A DNA stretch of 64,000 bases. Source: Arenicellales bacterium. GTDB taxonomy: Bacteria; Pseudomonadota; Gammaproteobacteria; Arenicellales; Poriferihabitantaceae. A program made the position numbers and the translations under genes. The DNA lies in assembly GCA_963457535.1 (NCBI GenBank), contig OY734803.1, positions 163,943 through 227,942 on the forward strand, read 5' to 3'. The notes below the pieces were generated by a model. The model saw nothing but the letters and a program-made list of their open reading frames with translations. It made no database searches and was not told where the DNA came from. Numbering within the stretch: position 1 is the stretch's first letter; the number at the start of each line of letters is the position of its first letter. Positions 36,388-47,891 of the stretch are shown piece by piece.

Positions 36388-36416
36388 ATTAAAAACCGGG
36401 TGGCGCGGTTTGTCAA
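36388..36416 (-). promoter_or_regulatory. Sigma70-like promoter of the P5-P4 operon
   Basis: The minus strand reads TTGACA (36411-36416), 17 nt, TTTAAT (36388-36393), about 45 nt upstream of GTG 36341. Confidence 0.55.
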
Positions 36417-36420
36417 TAGC

Positions 36421-36540
36421 GAAAGCGAAAAAATCCGCGGAAAATCCCGGTGAAAAATCCTTCGCCGAAAAAGTCCGTCGGAAAGTTCGGGGAAAAAATC
36501 GGTCAAAAAACCCGCCGAAAAAAGCCGGCCGGAAAATCAC
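36421..36540. repeat. Degenerate A-tract/GC-clamp tandem array (about 9-10 units, period 11-15 bp, consensus about GAAAAATCCGCG)
   Basis: A-tracts start at 36428, 36441, 36453, 36468, 36482, 36493, 36505, 36518 and 36533. The array lies immediately upstream of the P5 promoter. Confidence 0.7.
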
Positions 36541-36604
36541 TTTTCCCTTAAGAAACCGCTTACAAAATCGTTGCAAAAACTGATGAAAACTAAGCGGAAT
36601 TTTC

Positions 36605-38530
<1,926 letters not shown>

Positions 38531-38561
38531 CGCCGTTTCAGTCGGCGCCAGAGAGGCTGCA

Positions 38562-38885
38562 TCAGTATTGCGACTCCGGCACATGCACGACCAGGCCGTC
38601 CATTTCCGGCGCGAGTTTAATTTGGCACGCGAGGCGGCTGGTCGCGTCCACGCCTTCGGCGAACTCCAGCATTTCCGTTTCCATTTCTTCGGGCGGCGGA
38701 AGCTTGCCGAACCATTTTGCATCCACATGCACATGACATGTCGCGCAACTGCAGACGCCGCCGCATTCGGCAAGGATGCCCGGCACTTCGTCGCGCTTGG
38801 CGATGCGCATTAACACATCGCCCTCCTCCGCTTGCGCTTCACGCGAAGTTCCGTCGGCGAGTTGGAAAGTGATTTGAATGCTCAT
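38562..38885 (-). CDS. 2Fe-2S ferredoxin (adrenodoxin/putidaredoxin type)
   Basis: 107 aa with the cysteine pattern ECGGVCSCATCHV...LACQ. Its ATG overlaps the LysE stop (ATGA). Confidence 0.8.
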   Translation of the reverse strand: MSIQITFQLADGTSREAQAEEGDVLMRIAKRDEVPGILAECGGVCSCATCHVHVDAKWFGKLPPPEEMETEMLEFAEGVDATSRLACQIKLAPEMDGLVVHVPESQY

Positions 38886-39487
38886 TGCGCGAACAACACC
38901 GGATACAGCGTCGCCACCAATAACGCGGCGATGGTGTAGTTGAAGACGCGCAATTTTACCGGATCGGACAGCCACCGCCGCAACTGCACGCCGAGCACCG
39001 CCCATGCGCTGACCGACGGCAGAGTGATCGTCCCGAAAATGACGGCGACCATGACCACGCCAAAAAGCGAATGCGACGGCGGCGTGAACGCGCTGATCGC
39101 GGTCAGCGCCATCACCCATGCTTTCGGATTGACCCACTGAAACATCGCCGCCTGAAAAAAACTCACCGGCTTTCCGCCGCGCTGCGAGGCGTCTCCGGAC
39201 GGCGGCGCCGCGGTCGCGGTCTTCCACGCGAGGAACAGCAGGTAGCAAATGCTGAGCGTTTTGAGGATGAGATAACTCAGCGGATAGGCGTTGAAAACGC
39301 CGATGAGTCCGGCGCCGACCAGCGCGATCATCAAGGTAAACCCGCCGCACACGCCGAGCACCACCGGCCAGGTGCGCCGCATTCCAAAATTCACGCCGGA
39401 AACCAGCACCATCAGGTTGTTGGGGCCCGGCGTTATCGACGAGACGAACGAGAAAAACGCCAGGCCGGCGAGGAGTTCCGGAGTCAT
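38882..39487 (-). CDS. LysE/RhtB family amino-acid exporter
   Basis: The N-terminus is MTPELLAGLAFFSFVSSITPGPNNLMVL. The protein is about 200 aa and multi-TM. Confidence 0.8.
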   Translation of the reverse strand: MTPELLAGLAFFSFVSSITPGPNNLMVLVSGVNFGMRRTWPVVLGVCGGFTLMIALVGAGLIGVFNAYPLSYLILKTLSICYLLFLAWKTATAAPPSGDASQRGGKPVSFFQAAMFQWVNPKAWVMALTAISAFTPPSHSLFGVVMVAVIFGTITLPSVSAWAVLGVQLRRWLSDPVKLRVFNYTIAALLVATLYPVLFAQ

Positions 39488-39502
39488 TTGCAGGCGGCGT
39501 TT

Positions 39503-41479
39503 TTAAATCAAATCCGCGTCGGACATGATTTCCACCAGCGCCGGGCCGTTGTGCGCCAGCGCTTTTTGCACGGCGCTATCCAGTTTTTCCGGCTGCGTTA
39601 CGCGCTCGCCGTGCGCGCCGCACAGGCGCGCATACGCGGCGAAGTTCGGGTTGTGCAGTTGCGTCTGCCAGACGCGCCATTCGCCGGCGCGCTGCTCCTT
39701 GCTGATCTTGCCGAGTTGCTCGTTGTTCAGCAAAAAGTGCGTGATGTTCATTTGGTACTTGACCGCGGTGGTCAGTTCGGCGAGGTATTGCCCGAAGCCG
39801 CCGTCGCCGCTGATGGAGATGACTTGGCGGCCGCGCAGGTTTTCCATGTCGCGCGCCGCCGCCCACGCGCCCATCGCCGCCGGAAAGGAAAAACCGATGG
39901 AGCCGAGGTAGCCGGACATCAACACCGACTGTTCGGCGCATTCAAAATAGCGGCCGAACGAATAGGTGTTGTTGCCGACATCCACGGCGATGATTGCGTC
40001 CTTCGGCGCGAGGCGGGTCAGCGCGTCAAAAATCACCGCGGAGTTGAGGCCGCGTCCGCGGTCGTCGGCGCGGCGGTTGGCTTTTTCCGCGCGCCAAATT
40101 TTCCAGCGCTCGGCGATTTCTTTGCGCTGATCAACGGTTTTTGGTTTGCCGGCGGCGTCGCGCAACAGTTTTGCGGTCGCGCCGATTTCACCCCACAGCG
40201 GCAATTCCACCGGGTGAAATTTGCCGAGCGCCATCTGTTCAAAATCCACCTGAATAATCGGCCGCTTGGTGGTGATGCCGGTGTGATCGGAGAACGACGA
40301 GCCGAACGCGAGAATTAAATCGCATTCGTTCATAAACCAACTGGCAATCGGCGTGCCCGAGCGCCCGAGCACGCCGGCGGCGAGCGGATGCGCGTCGGAA
40401 ATTTGCCCCTTGCCTTTGAAAGTGGTCAGCACCGGCGCGTTTAAGGTTTCGGCCAGCGCAATCACCTCGTTCATGGACTCGCGCGCGCCGTAGCCGGCGA
40501 TGAGAATCGGGCGGCGGTATTTTTTCAGCATGTCCGCGGCGCGCGCCAGCGCCTCGGGCGGCGGCGTGATTTGCTGCGCGGCCAGCCGCCCGGCCGGATG
40601 CGCGGCTTTTGCTTCGCCGGCCTCAATCGTCTGCACATTGTCCGGAAAGATCAGATGCGCCGGCACGCGGTTTACGATGGCGTTTTTGCAGGCGAGGCTC
40701 ATCAACTCGGCATGCTTGCTGGTGTGCAGCGCGGTCTGGCTGAAATCGGCGACCGATTCAAACGCCGCGGCCAGGTCAATTTCCTGAAACGCGCCGGGCC
40801 CGAACACCTGCACTGCGACCTGCCCGGTCAGCGCGAGCGCCGGCGCGCGGTCCACTTTCGCGTCCCACAATCCGGTCAGCAAGTTGGTCGCGCCGGGTCC
40901 GGCGATGGTCAGGCAGGCGGCCGGTTTGCCCGAGAGTTTGGCGTAGCCGCTGCAGGCGAACGCCGCGGCGCCTTCGTGGCGGATGCCGTAATAGGACAGG
41001 TTGCCGGCGACTTCCTGTTGGCGCAGCGCTTCGGCCAGGCCGAGGTTGGAATGCCCAACCATGCCGAATACCGTCCGAATGCCCCAATTGACCATGGTCT
41101 CGGCCATCACATCGGACACGGTGCGCGCGCGTTGCGGCTCCTTTTCCAGGCCGAGGTAAATGCCGTCTTCGCGCACTTCCAGCGGATAAATCCGCTGCCC
41201 GGAATCTTCGTGGCCGCCGGGCGGTTTGCCGGTCTGCGGGTCAAAATCCCAGCCGTGCCACGGGCAGCGCAGCCAGCATTTGCCGTCCTTGCCGGTCTCA
41301 ATGGTGCCCTCGCCGAGCGGCCCGCCCTGGTGCGGGCAGCGGTTGTCCATCGCCGTGTAGCGCCCGCCGACATGGGTCAGCGCCACGGTTTTGTCGCCGG
41401 CGGTCGCGCTTTTGACGCGGCCCTCGGGGAGTTCGTCAATCCCGGCGATTTTGTGCCAGTCAAGTTCGGGAGAATTCAT
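39503..41479 (-). CDS. Rieske [2Fe-2S] domain fused to a thiamine-diphosphate enzyme (acetolactate synthase / pyruvate oxidase family)
   Basis: The N-terminus has CPHQGGPLGEG...CPWHGWDF (a C-x-H...C-x-x-H Rieske motif). It is followed by TPP-enzyme N, central and C domains (GMVGHSNLGL, IAGPGATNLLTGL, ISGDGGFGQY...LLNNEQLG). Confidence 0.8.
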   Translation of the reverse strand: MNSPELDWHKIAGIDELPEGRVKSATAGDKTVALTHVGGRYTAMDNRCPHQGGPLGEGTIETGKDGKCWLRCPWHGWDFDPQTGKPPGGHEDSGQRIYPLEVREDGIYLGLEKEPQRARTVSDVMAETMVNWGIRTVFGMVGHSNLGLAEALRQQEVAGNLSYYGIRHEGAAAFACSGYAKLSGKPAACLTIAGPGATNLLTGLWDAKVDRAPALALTGQVAVQVFGPGAFQEIDLAAAFESVADFSQTALHTSKHAELMSLACKNAIVNRVPAHLIFPDNVQTIEAGEAKAAHPAGRLAAQQITPPPEALARAADMLKKYRRPILIAGYGARESMNEVIALAETLNAPVLTTFKGKGQISDAHPLAAGVLGRSGTPIASWFMNECDLILAFGSSFSDHTGITTKRPIIQVDFEQMALGKFHPVELPLWGEIGATAKLLRDAAGKPKTVDQRKEIAERWKIWRAEKANRRADDRGRGLNSAVIFDALTRLAPKDAIIAVDVGNNTYSFGRYFECAEQSVLMSGYLGSIGFSFPAAMGAWAAARDMENLRGRQVISISGDGGFGQYLAELTTAVKYQMNITHFLLNNEQLGKISKEQRAGEWRVWQTQLHNPNFAAYARLCGAHGERVTQPEKLDSAVQKALAHNGPALVEIMSDADLI

Positions 41480-41578
41480 GGTTTTGCCGTTTTTTCAAGG
41501 GAAATCAAGTTTTTGCGGGTGAAATTCAAAAAAGGCCGCAGTAATTAAAAAGTCCCGCGGAAACCGCCGGGAAGCGAA

Positions 41579-43189
41579 TTATGACCCAACCCCGCCATAA
41601 CGGACGCCGGTCAGCGCCGCCATGTCGCGGTCAAAGGTGGTCAAATCTTCCGCGGAAAATTGCCCGAGGTGGGTGTGCCCGCAGGCGCGCGCGAGGATTT
41701 GCATCAATTCCACCGAGGATCGCAAAAACCGCCCGAGCCGCGCGGCCGCGTCCTCCACCGGCAGGCGCGCGCGCAAATCGGCGCGCTGCGTGGCGATGCC
41801 GACCGGGCAATTGTTGGTGTGGCAGGCGCGCATGCCGAGGCAGCCGATCGCCTGCAGCGCGGCGTTGGAAAGCGCCACGCCGTCGGCGCCGAGCGCCATC
41901 GCCTTGGCGAAATCGGCCGGGGTGCGCAGGCCGCCGGTCGCTATCAGCGTGATTTCCTTTTTATCGCAGGAATCCAAGTGCCGCCGCGCGCGCGCCACCG
42001 CGGCCGTGGTCGGCACCGAAATATTGTCGCGGAAAATCAGCGGCGCCGCGCCGGTGCCGCCGCCGCGCCCGTCCAAAATGATGTAGTCCACGCCGACTTC
42101 CAGCGCGGCGTCAATGTCGGCTTCAATGTGCTGCGCCGACAATTTGTAGCCGAGCGGAATGCCGCCGGTTTTTTCGCGCGCCTCATTGGCGAAATCGCGA
42201 ATCGCCGACGCGTCCTGCCAATCGGGAAAACGCGCCGGAGAAATCGCGTCTTCGCCCGGTTTCAGGCCGCGCACTTCGGCGATTTTCCCGAGCACTTTTG
42301 CTCCGGGCAAATGCCCGCCGGTGCCGGTCTTCGCGCCCTGCCCGCCTTTGAAGTGAAACGCCTGGCAGCGTTTCACTTTGTCCCAGCCGAAACCGAAGCG
42401 CGCCGAGGCGAGTTCGTAGAAATATCTGCTGTTTGCGGCCTGTTCTTCGGGCAACATCCCGCCTTCGCCGCTGCAGATGCCGGTGCCGGCGAGTTCCGCG
42501 CCTTTTGCCAGCGCGATTTTCGCCTCCGCGGAAAGCGCGCCGAAACTCATGTCGGAAACGAACAAGGGAATTTCCAGCGTCAGCGGCTTTGCCGCGCGCG
42601 GGCCGATGACCAAGTCGGTCGCGACCGGGTCATCGTCCAGTCGCGGCGGGCGCGCCAATTGCGCCACGACAAATTGCAAATCATCCCAACTCGGCAAGTC
42701 GCGGCGGCGGACGCCCATCGCGCCCACGGGACCGTGGTGGCCGGTCTTGCTGAGGCCGTCGCCGGCGAGTTGGCGGATGTATTTGACATGCGGCTCGTCG
42801 GGCGTGCCGACCGGGTCCTGATAGATGCCCTGATACGCGCCGCGGTGGTAGGGCTGCGGATGCGCGCGCTCCCACTGCAAAATTTCCTCCTCGTCCACCC
42901 ACACCGCATCGTCCTCCACCCACGCGGAAAACTTGCGCAGCGTTTCGCTGTTGTTGTATTCGCTGACGCCGCTGTCCAGCCGATAGTCCCAGCCGTGCAC
43001 GCCGCAAATCAAATTGTCGCCGTCCACATGCCCGTCCGACATCAGCGCGCCGCGGTGCGCGCAGCGGCCGTATAACACCGACACTTCGTCGTCATAACGA
43101 ACGATCACGAGGTCCACATTGGAGACCAGCGCATGCGCGGGCGCGCGGTCGCGCAAAGATTTCCAGTCGGCGATGCGGAGTTTTTTCAT
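41579..43189 (-). CDS. Rieske [2Fe-2S] domain fused to an FMN-binding glutamate synthase (GltB domain 2)-like protein
   Basis: The N-terminus has CAHRGALMSDG...CGVHGWDY. It is followed by GEGGMLPEE, KGGQGAKTGTGGHLPG and DGRGGGTGAAP. Its ATG overlaps the antiporter stop. Confidence 0.8.
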   Translation of the reverse strand: MKKLRIADWKSLRDRAPAHALVSNVDLVIVRYDDEVSVLYGRCAHRGALMSDGHVDGDNLICGVHGWDYRLDSGVSEYNNSETLRKFSAWVEDDAVWVDEEEILQWERAHPQPYHRGAYQGIYQDPVGTPDEPHVKYIRQLAGDGLSKTGHHGPVGAMGVRRRDLPSWDDLQFVVAQLARPPRLDDDPVATDLVIGPRAAKPLTLEIPLFVSDMSFGALSAEAKIALAKGAELAGTGICSGEGGMLPEEQAANSRYFYELASARFGFGWDKVKRCQAFHFKGGQGAKTGTGGHLPGAKVLGKIAEVRGLKPGEDAISPARFPDWQDASAIRDFANEAREKTGGIPLGYKLSAQHIEADIDAALEVGVDYIILDGRGGGTGAAPLIFRDNISVPTTAAVARARRHLDSCDKKEITLIATGGLRTPADFAKAMALGADGVALSNAALQAIGCLGMRACHTNNCPVGIATQRADLRARLPVEDAAARLGRFLRSSVELMQILARACGHTHLGQFSAEDLTTFDRDMAALTGVRYGGVGS

Positions 43190-44490
43190 CGTGATTTGGC
43201 GCGCACTTTACCGCGAACCTCGCGCGTTCGCAGAAAACGCTCGCCGCGCTTGCGGTGCTCTTCGTAGCCGTGAAATTCGGCCGCGGCCGCGCCGTAGAGT
43301 TTCGCCAGCGGCGCCGCGCTCAGGCCATGCAGGAAAATGCTGAGAAGCACGGTGATGAACACGATGTCCACCAGCGTTTCGGCGTGGGTCAATTCGGTTT
43401 TGCTGATGACCAGCAGCACGAACAACACCGACGCAAGTCCGCGCGGCCCGAACCAGCCGAGGAAAAGTTTGGTCTGCATTTTTAAATGCAGCCCGGCGAG
43501 CGACAGCGCGATCGGCAGCATGCGAAGCACGGTCAGGCTCAGCGCGCCATAAAGCCAGTGCCACGGATTAAACGCGGCCAGCGCCGGCGGCAGCAGCAGC
43601 GCGCCGAAAATGAAAAACGAGCCGAGCGTCAGCAACTGCCCCTCGGTCTCCACGAATTCAAACAGGTATTTGCACGGGCGCTCCAGTTTGTTGCCGAACA
43701 CCAGCCCGCCGAGGAAGGCCGCGATGAAACCATTCCCCTGCAGCGCCTCGGCCGCGAGGAAGCAAATGCCGGCGAGGACCAGCGAAAAAATTCCCTCGCC
43801 CTCCTCCGACATCCAGCCATGCGCGTCGGCGCGGCTCAGCAATTTTGCGCCGGCGTAACCGACGGCGATGCCGACCGCGGGCCCGAACACCAATTGCAGC
43901 GCGGCGAAATGCACCCAGTTGGTCATCTCGTGACTCGCCATCGCGCTGGCGACGCTGGCGATAATTAAAATCACCGGCAGCGCGATGCCGTCGTTCAGGC
44001 CGCTTTCCACATTGACGCTGCGGCGGATTCGCTCCGGGACTTTTTCGTCGTTCAGCACCGCCTGCCCGAGCGCGGCGTCGGTCGGCGTCAAAATCGCCGC
44101 GAGAAGCATGCCTTCAAACGGGCTCAGCCCGAGCGGCAGCACATAAGCGAGCGCGCCGCCGAGCGCGATGCCGAGCGGCATGCCGAACAGCAGCATGCGC
44201 TGCGGCACGATGTGATCGTTGATCAGGCGGCGCAAATTGATGCGCGCGGCGTCGCTGAACAGCACCAGCACCAGCGTCGCTTCCAGCAGAATCAGCATCC
44301 AGCCGCCGTCGCCGCCGGCGTGCATGTGTTCAACGGGAAAATGCACGGCGCCGAGAAACATCTCGCCGAGCAGCAGTCCGCCGCCGGCGAACAGCATCGG
44401 CGGCGTCACCGGCGTGCCGGCGATGCGCTTGGACACGAGGCCGAAGCACAGGAACAGAAGGAGAATGAAGATGACGGAATGGTGGTCCAT
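43186..44490 (-). CDS. Cation:proton (Na+/H+) antiporter, CPA1 family
   Basis: 434-aa polytopic membrane protein with LILLEATLVLVLFSDA, TDAALGQAVL and ESGLNDGIALP motifs. Confidence 0.75.
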   Translation of the reverse strand: MDHHSVIFILLLFLCFGLVSKRIAGTPVTPPMLFAGGGLLLGEMFLGAVHFPVEHMHAGGDGGWMLILLEATLVLVLFSDAARINLRRLINDHIVPQRMLLFGMPLGIALGGALAYVLPLGLSPFEGMLLAAILTPTDAALGQAVLNDEKVPERIRRSVNVESGLNDGIALPVILIIASVASAMASHEMTNWVHFAALQLVFGPAVGIAVGYAGAKLLSRADAHGWMSEEGEGIFSLVLAGICFLAAEALQGNGFIAAFLGGLVFGNKLERPCKYLFEFVETEGQLLTLGSFFIFGALLLPPALAAFNPWHWLYGALSLTVLRMLPIALSLAGLHLKMQTKLFLGWFGPRGLASVLFVLLVISKTELTHAETLVDIVFITVLLSIFLHGLSAAPLAKLYGAAAAEFHGYEEHRKRGERFLRTREVRGKVRAKSR

Positions 44491-44624
44491 TACGGGGGTC
44501 GGTGTTTGCGGGTGATTTGTTTGTCGCGGCGCGCGGGGTATTACAATGCGGCGCGATGGCGCATTTTAATACGAAACCGCGGCGGCGCGGGCGAACTCGC
44601 ATGCTCGGGCGAAATCGCCGCGGC

Positions 44625-45434
44625 ATGTCCTTTCGCGGGCCCCTGCGCGCGCGGATTTCGGCGCGGCGACCGGCACAACCCAAAGCACAACATTCCCCGC
44701 GGCGATTTTTGCCGGGCAAATCCCGCCCCGGCAATTATCGCGGACATTTTCGCCGCCGCCCCCCGTTTCGCTCCCAGGGTTTTGGCGCGCCGCATTACCC
44801 GGTTCCGCTGCGCCTCGCGGTGCTGCCGGCCGCGGCGTTTACGCTGGTGTTGTGGCTGGTGCATTTGACCTCGGAATTTCTGCTGCCGTCGGCCGCGTCC
44901 GCCGGAATTTATCCGCGCCGCGCCGAGGGGTTGCCGGGGATTTTTTTCGCGCCGCTTTTGCACGCGTCTTTTGATCATTTAATCTCCAACACCCTGCCGC
45001 TGCTGTTGCTCGGCGGCGGCATGCTGTATTTCTATCCGCGCGCGTCAAAAATCGCGCTGCCATTTCTCTACCTCGCGCCCGGCGCCGGCGTGTGGTTGTT
45101 CGCGCGCGGCGCATGGCATCTCGGCGCGAGCGGACTCTCCTACGGAATCATGTTCTTCGTCCTTTCCGCCGGGTTTTTGCGCAAGGACAAAGTTGCCGCG
45201 GGATTTTCCACGGCCGCATTGTTTTTATACGGCGGCGGAATGCTCACCGGACTTTTGCCGGAAGATTCCGGAGTTTCCTTTGAATATCATCTGTTCGGCG
45301 CGCTCACCGGCGTGTTGTGCGCGTTCGCGTTGCGCCGGCGCGACCCGCTGCCGCCGCCGCCAAAAAGTCCCGCGGAAAATGCCGAAGAGGAGGAAGACGA
45401 CATTATCGGCGACCAGTGGAAATTGCCGCGATAA
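44625..45434 (+). CDS. Rhomboid family intramembrane serine protease (start uncertain, between 44556 and 44820)
   Basis: It contains HASFDHLISNTLPLLLLG, the catalytic-Ser motif HLGASGLSYGIMF and the downstream His region EYHLFGALTG. The Arg-rich N-terminal part of the ORF is probably not translated. Confidence 0.65.
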   Translation: MSFRGPLRARISARRPAQPKAQHSPRRFLPGKSRPGNYRGHFRRRPPFRSQGFGAPHYPVPLRLAVLPAAAFTLVLWLVHLTSEFLLPSAASAGIYPRRAEGLPGIFFAPLLHASFDHLISNTLPLLLLGGGMLYFYPRASKIALPFLYLAPGAGVWLFARGAWHLGASGLSYGIMFFVLSAGFLRKDKVAAGFSTAALFLYGGGMLTGLLPEDSGVSFEYHLFGALTGVLCAFALRRRDPLPPPPKSPAENAEEEEDDIIGDQWKLPR

Positions 45435-45450
45435 ACCGCAGTCATGTTAA

Positions 45451-47721
45451 CTACGGTTGCGGCAGCGCCTCAATGTTGGTTTTGACCGTGGCCGCGTTTG
45501 CGGCCGCGCTCATGCCCGCGGTCAATGCGTTCAAAGCGGCGGTCAACGCGTCGCCGCTCGCGCTCGCCACCCCGAGCAGGTAATAGCGCGCGATCATCAC
45601 GCCGTCGGCGACGGTGGTTCCGTTTGCGCCGTCCACATCAAAAGAGTCGGCCAGCACGCCGGCGTTGACGCGGTCGCCGATTGCGGCCGCGCCGCTCAGA
45701 TTGAGTCCGGCGATCAATGCGTTGCCGCGCACGCCGGCGAGATACCTCGCAATCAGCACACCGTCCTTCCAATCCACCGCGCCGCTTCGGTCCACATCCA
45801 TGTTGAAGCCGCCGGTGGTGGCGCGCACCGGCGCGGTGTAAGTCCCGGTGCCGGCGTCGTTGCGCGCGGCCACGCGCACTTCATAGACCGCGCCGCCGGT
45901 CAGTCCGCCGAGTTCGTAGGAGGAGTGGGAGACGCCGGTCGCCACCGTGGTCCAATTGGTTGTGCCCGCCCCCTGCGAATGCTGCACCGAATATTCCTCG
46001 ATGGCGTCGCCGCCGTTGGAGGCCGGCGCGTTCCACTCCAAAGAAAGCCGGCCGATGCCGGCCTGCGCGCGCAGGTCGGTCGGCACGCCGGGCGGCGTCG
46101 CCGGATTGTCGCTGGTCTCCGCGAAATCGCCGGTTCCCTCGGAATTGACCGCGGCGACTCCGATGGCATACGAGACGCCGTTTGTCAAATCGCTGATTTC
46201 GCGGCTGGTCCCGGTGGTCACGCTCTCGCCGGCCGCGCCCGACGGGTTGATGTAGGTGTCGGGAGTCGCGGCCTGCGCCCAGCGCACCCGGTATCCGCTG
46301 ACATCGGCGCCGCCGTTGTTTGCCGGCGCGCTCCACGACACCGTGATTTTTCCGTCGGCGATGGCCGTGCTGAGCGACTGCGGCTGCCCCGGAACGGTGC
46401 GCGCTGTTTCGCTCTTTGAAACGAAGGAACTGGTTCCGGCAAAGGTGTGGGAGGCGACCTGCACTTCGTAGCGGGTGCCGGCGGTCAAACCGGTGACCGT
46501 ATAAGGCGTGGTGCCGCGGTCGCCGGTGGCGCCTTCGGGATTGAGCCAGGCCGAGCCGCCGTCCTCCCGCCAGCGCACCAGGTATTCCAAGGTGGCGGAC
46601 ACGCCGCCGGTGTCGGTCGGCGGGTCCCATTCCAGCGTCACGGTGGTTGCGGTAACCTCGGTGAAAGTAAGCGCGCTCGGCGGTCCGGGCGGTCCGAGCG
46701 GAGTTCCGCTGGTGGTTTCCCATTGACCGACGACGAAACTGGTCTCGGCGGCGACATCCACCCGGTAGCGGGTGCCGTTGGTCAGCCCGGTCAGTTCATA
46801 ACTCCGCGCGCCCGCGCCGCCGGATATGAGTTTGCCGGTCTCGCCGGGCGGGTCGGCCCACACCGGAGTGGACGCGGACGGCGCCCAGCGCACCCGGTAG
46901 TTCGTGACCACCGGCGTTTCCGCCGGGTTCGGGAATGCGCGCGGCTCCGACCATGACACCGTCAGTTTTTGGTCGCCGCGATCCGCCACCAAACTGCGCG
47001 GCCGGTTCGGCGCGCGAAAAGTCCGGCCGGTCACCACATTGGACCAGAGACCGGTGTCAAAGGCGTTGACCGCCGCGACCTGCACATGGTGCGTCATCAT
47101 GGGGTGAAAGACGACAAAACTGTGGGAGCGCGCATCGGCGCCGCCGGGAATCTCCTCGCCCGAACTGCCGAGGCTGTTCGTAAAATCACTCGGGTCGTCG
47201 GACAGCGCGTGGCGGTATCTGTAGCCGGTGATCGGGCTGCCGGAATCGCTGCTCGGCGGACTCCAGTTCATTTCCAATTCCTGGTTAATGGAATCGGAGG
47301 TGATCGAGTTCAGCGTCGGCGCGCCCGGACCGAAGCCGAAATACACGGTGTAGGATTTCGGGTTGTCGCCGATGGTCGTGATGGTGACCGTCAGCGGCAG
47401 TGTAAAGGCAGTGTTTCTCCTTACGATTTCATGGGTGGTTCCTCCGCCGGTGGTTTGATGCACCGGATTTACCGTGGCTGCTATGTCGGTGGTGGCCCAC
47501 AGAGCATCAACCGTGCGCGGCGGCGCCGCCCAGTAGGTATAGACGCTCGAGCTGAAGTCCGGCGTGAAGTCAAATCCCTGGGTCGGGCAACTGCCACTGG
47601 CGCAAAGCTCCGGCGCGCCGTAACGCAGAGTCAAACTGCCCAGGTTCTGCGCGCTCGCATTCCACGACGCGAAAAGCGCGGTCAATGCGGCGGCGAGGAG
47701 GAGGGATTTTTTCATGGGCAT
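45451..47721 (-). CDS. Secreted repeat protein P6 (cadherin-like N-domain, about 6 FN3, dockerin-like C-terminus)
   Basis: 756 aa with signal peptide [26 protein letters not shown]. It has FN3 units (YRVRWA..., YEVQVA...). The C-terminus is [26 protein letters not shown]...[22 protein letters not shown]...NIEALPQP. Confidence 0.85.
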   Translation of the reverse strand: MPMKKSLLLAAALTALFASWNASAQNLGSLTLRYGAPELCASGSCPTQGFDFTPDFSSSVYTYWAAPPRTVDALWATTDIAATVNPVHQTTGGGTTHEIVRRNTAFTLPLTVTITTIGDNPKSYTVYFGFGPGAPTLNSITSDSINQELEMNWSPPSSDSGSPITGYRYRHALSDDPSDFTNSLGSSGEEIPGGADARSHSFVVFHPMMTHHVQVAAVNAFDTGLWSNVVTGRTFRAPNRPRSLVADRGDQKLTVSWSEPRAFPNPAETPVVTNYRVRWAPSASTPVWADPPGETGKLISGGAGARSYELTGLTNGTRYRVDVAAETSFVVGQWETTSGTPLGPPGPPSALTFTEVTATTVTLEWDPPTDTGGVSATLEYLVRWREDGGSAWLNPEGATGDRGTTPYTVTGLTAGTRYEVQVASHTFAGTSSFVSKSETARTVPGQPQSLSTAIADGKITVSWSAPANNGGADVSGYRVRWAQAATPDTYINPSGAAGESVTTGTSREISDLTNGVSYAIGVAAVNSEGTGDFAETSDNPATPPGVPTDLRAQAGIGRLSLEWNAPASNGGDAIEEYSVQHSQGAGTTNWTTVATGVSHSSYELGGLTGGAVYEVRVAARNDAGTGTYTAPVRATTGGFNMDVDRSGAVDWKDGVLIARYLAGVRGNALIAGLNLSGAAAIGDRVNAGVLADSFDVDGANGTTVADGVMIARYYLLGVASASGDALTAALNALTAGMSAAANAATVKTNIEALPQP

Positions 47722-47752
47722 TTTTGGGGGGCGGAAAAATCCCGGCGAAAAC

Positions 47753-47842
47753 TGGCGGAGAGAGAGGGATTCGAACCCTCGATACGCTTACGCGTATACA
47801 CGCTTTCCAGACGTGCTCCTTCGACCGCTCGGACATCTCTCC
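47753..47842 (-). tRNA. tRNA-Ser (anticodon GGA), CCA encoded
   Basis: The manual fold gives acceptor GGAGAGA/TCTCTCC and a 3-bp D-stem. The anticodon arm is CACGT-CTGGAAA-GCGTG. The long variable arm is TACGC-GTAA-GCGTA. The T-arm is GAGGG-TTCGAAT-CCCTC, followed by discriminator G and CCA. Confidence 0.9.
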
Positions 47843-47853
47843 GCGCGGTTCCT

Positions 47854-47881
47854 AGCATAGCGCAGGCGGAACCATTGTCAA
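47854..47881 (-). promoter_or_regulatory. Sigma70-like promoter of tRNA-Ser
   Basis: The minus strand reads CCGCTTGACA (47876-47881), 16 nt, TATGCT (47854-47859). The predicted TSS is a few nt upstream of the mature 5' end. Confidence 0.6.
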
Positions 47882-47891
47882 GCGGGACTTT

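Noticed and set aside
36342-36506. N-terminal ORF extensions reported by the six-frame track: P5 to 36506, MTase to 2969, GS to 4363, AACS to 38773, ssb to 49072, MFS to 50529, uvrA from 49988, P3 to 25293, and the ferredoxin ORF to 39350.
   Set aside because: The extensions overlap neighbouring genes or promoters, are Arg-rich, and are not conserved between paralogues. Internal starts give canonical N-termini or signal peptides.
36296-36583. A plus-strand 95-aa Lys-rich ORF (…AEKVRRKVRGKNRSKNPPKKAGRK…) resembling the OxyR tail, considered as a possible small histone-like protein.
   Set aside because: It overlaps the P5 start and promoter, has no ATG or SD in a sensible position, and its Lys periodicity follows directly from the A-tract DNA repeat.
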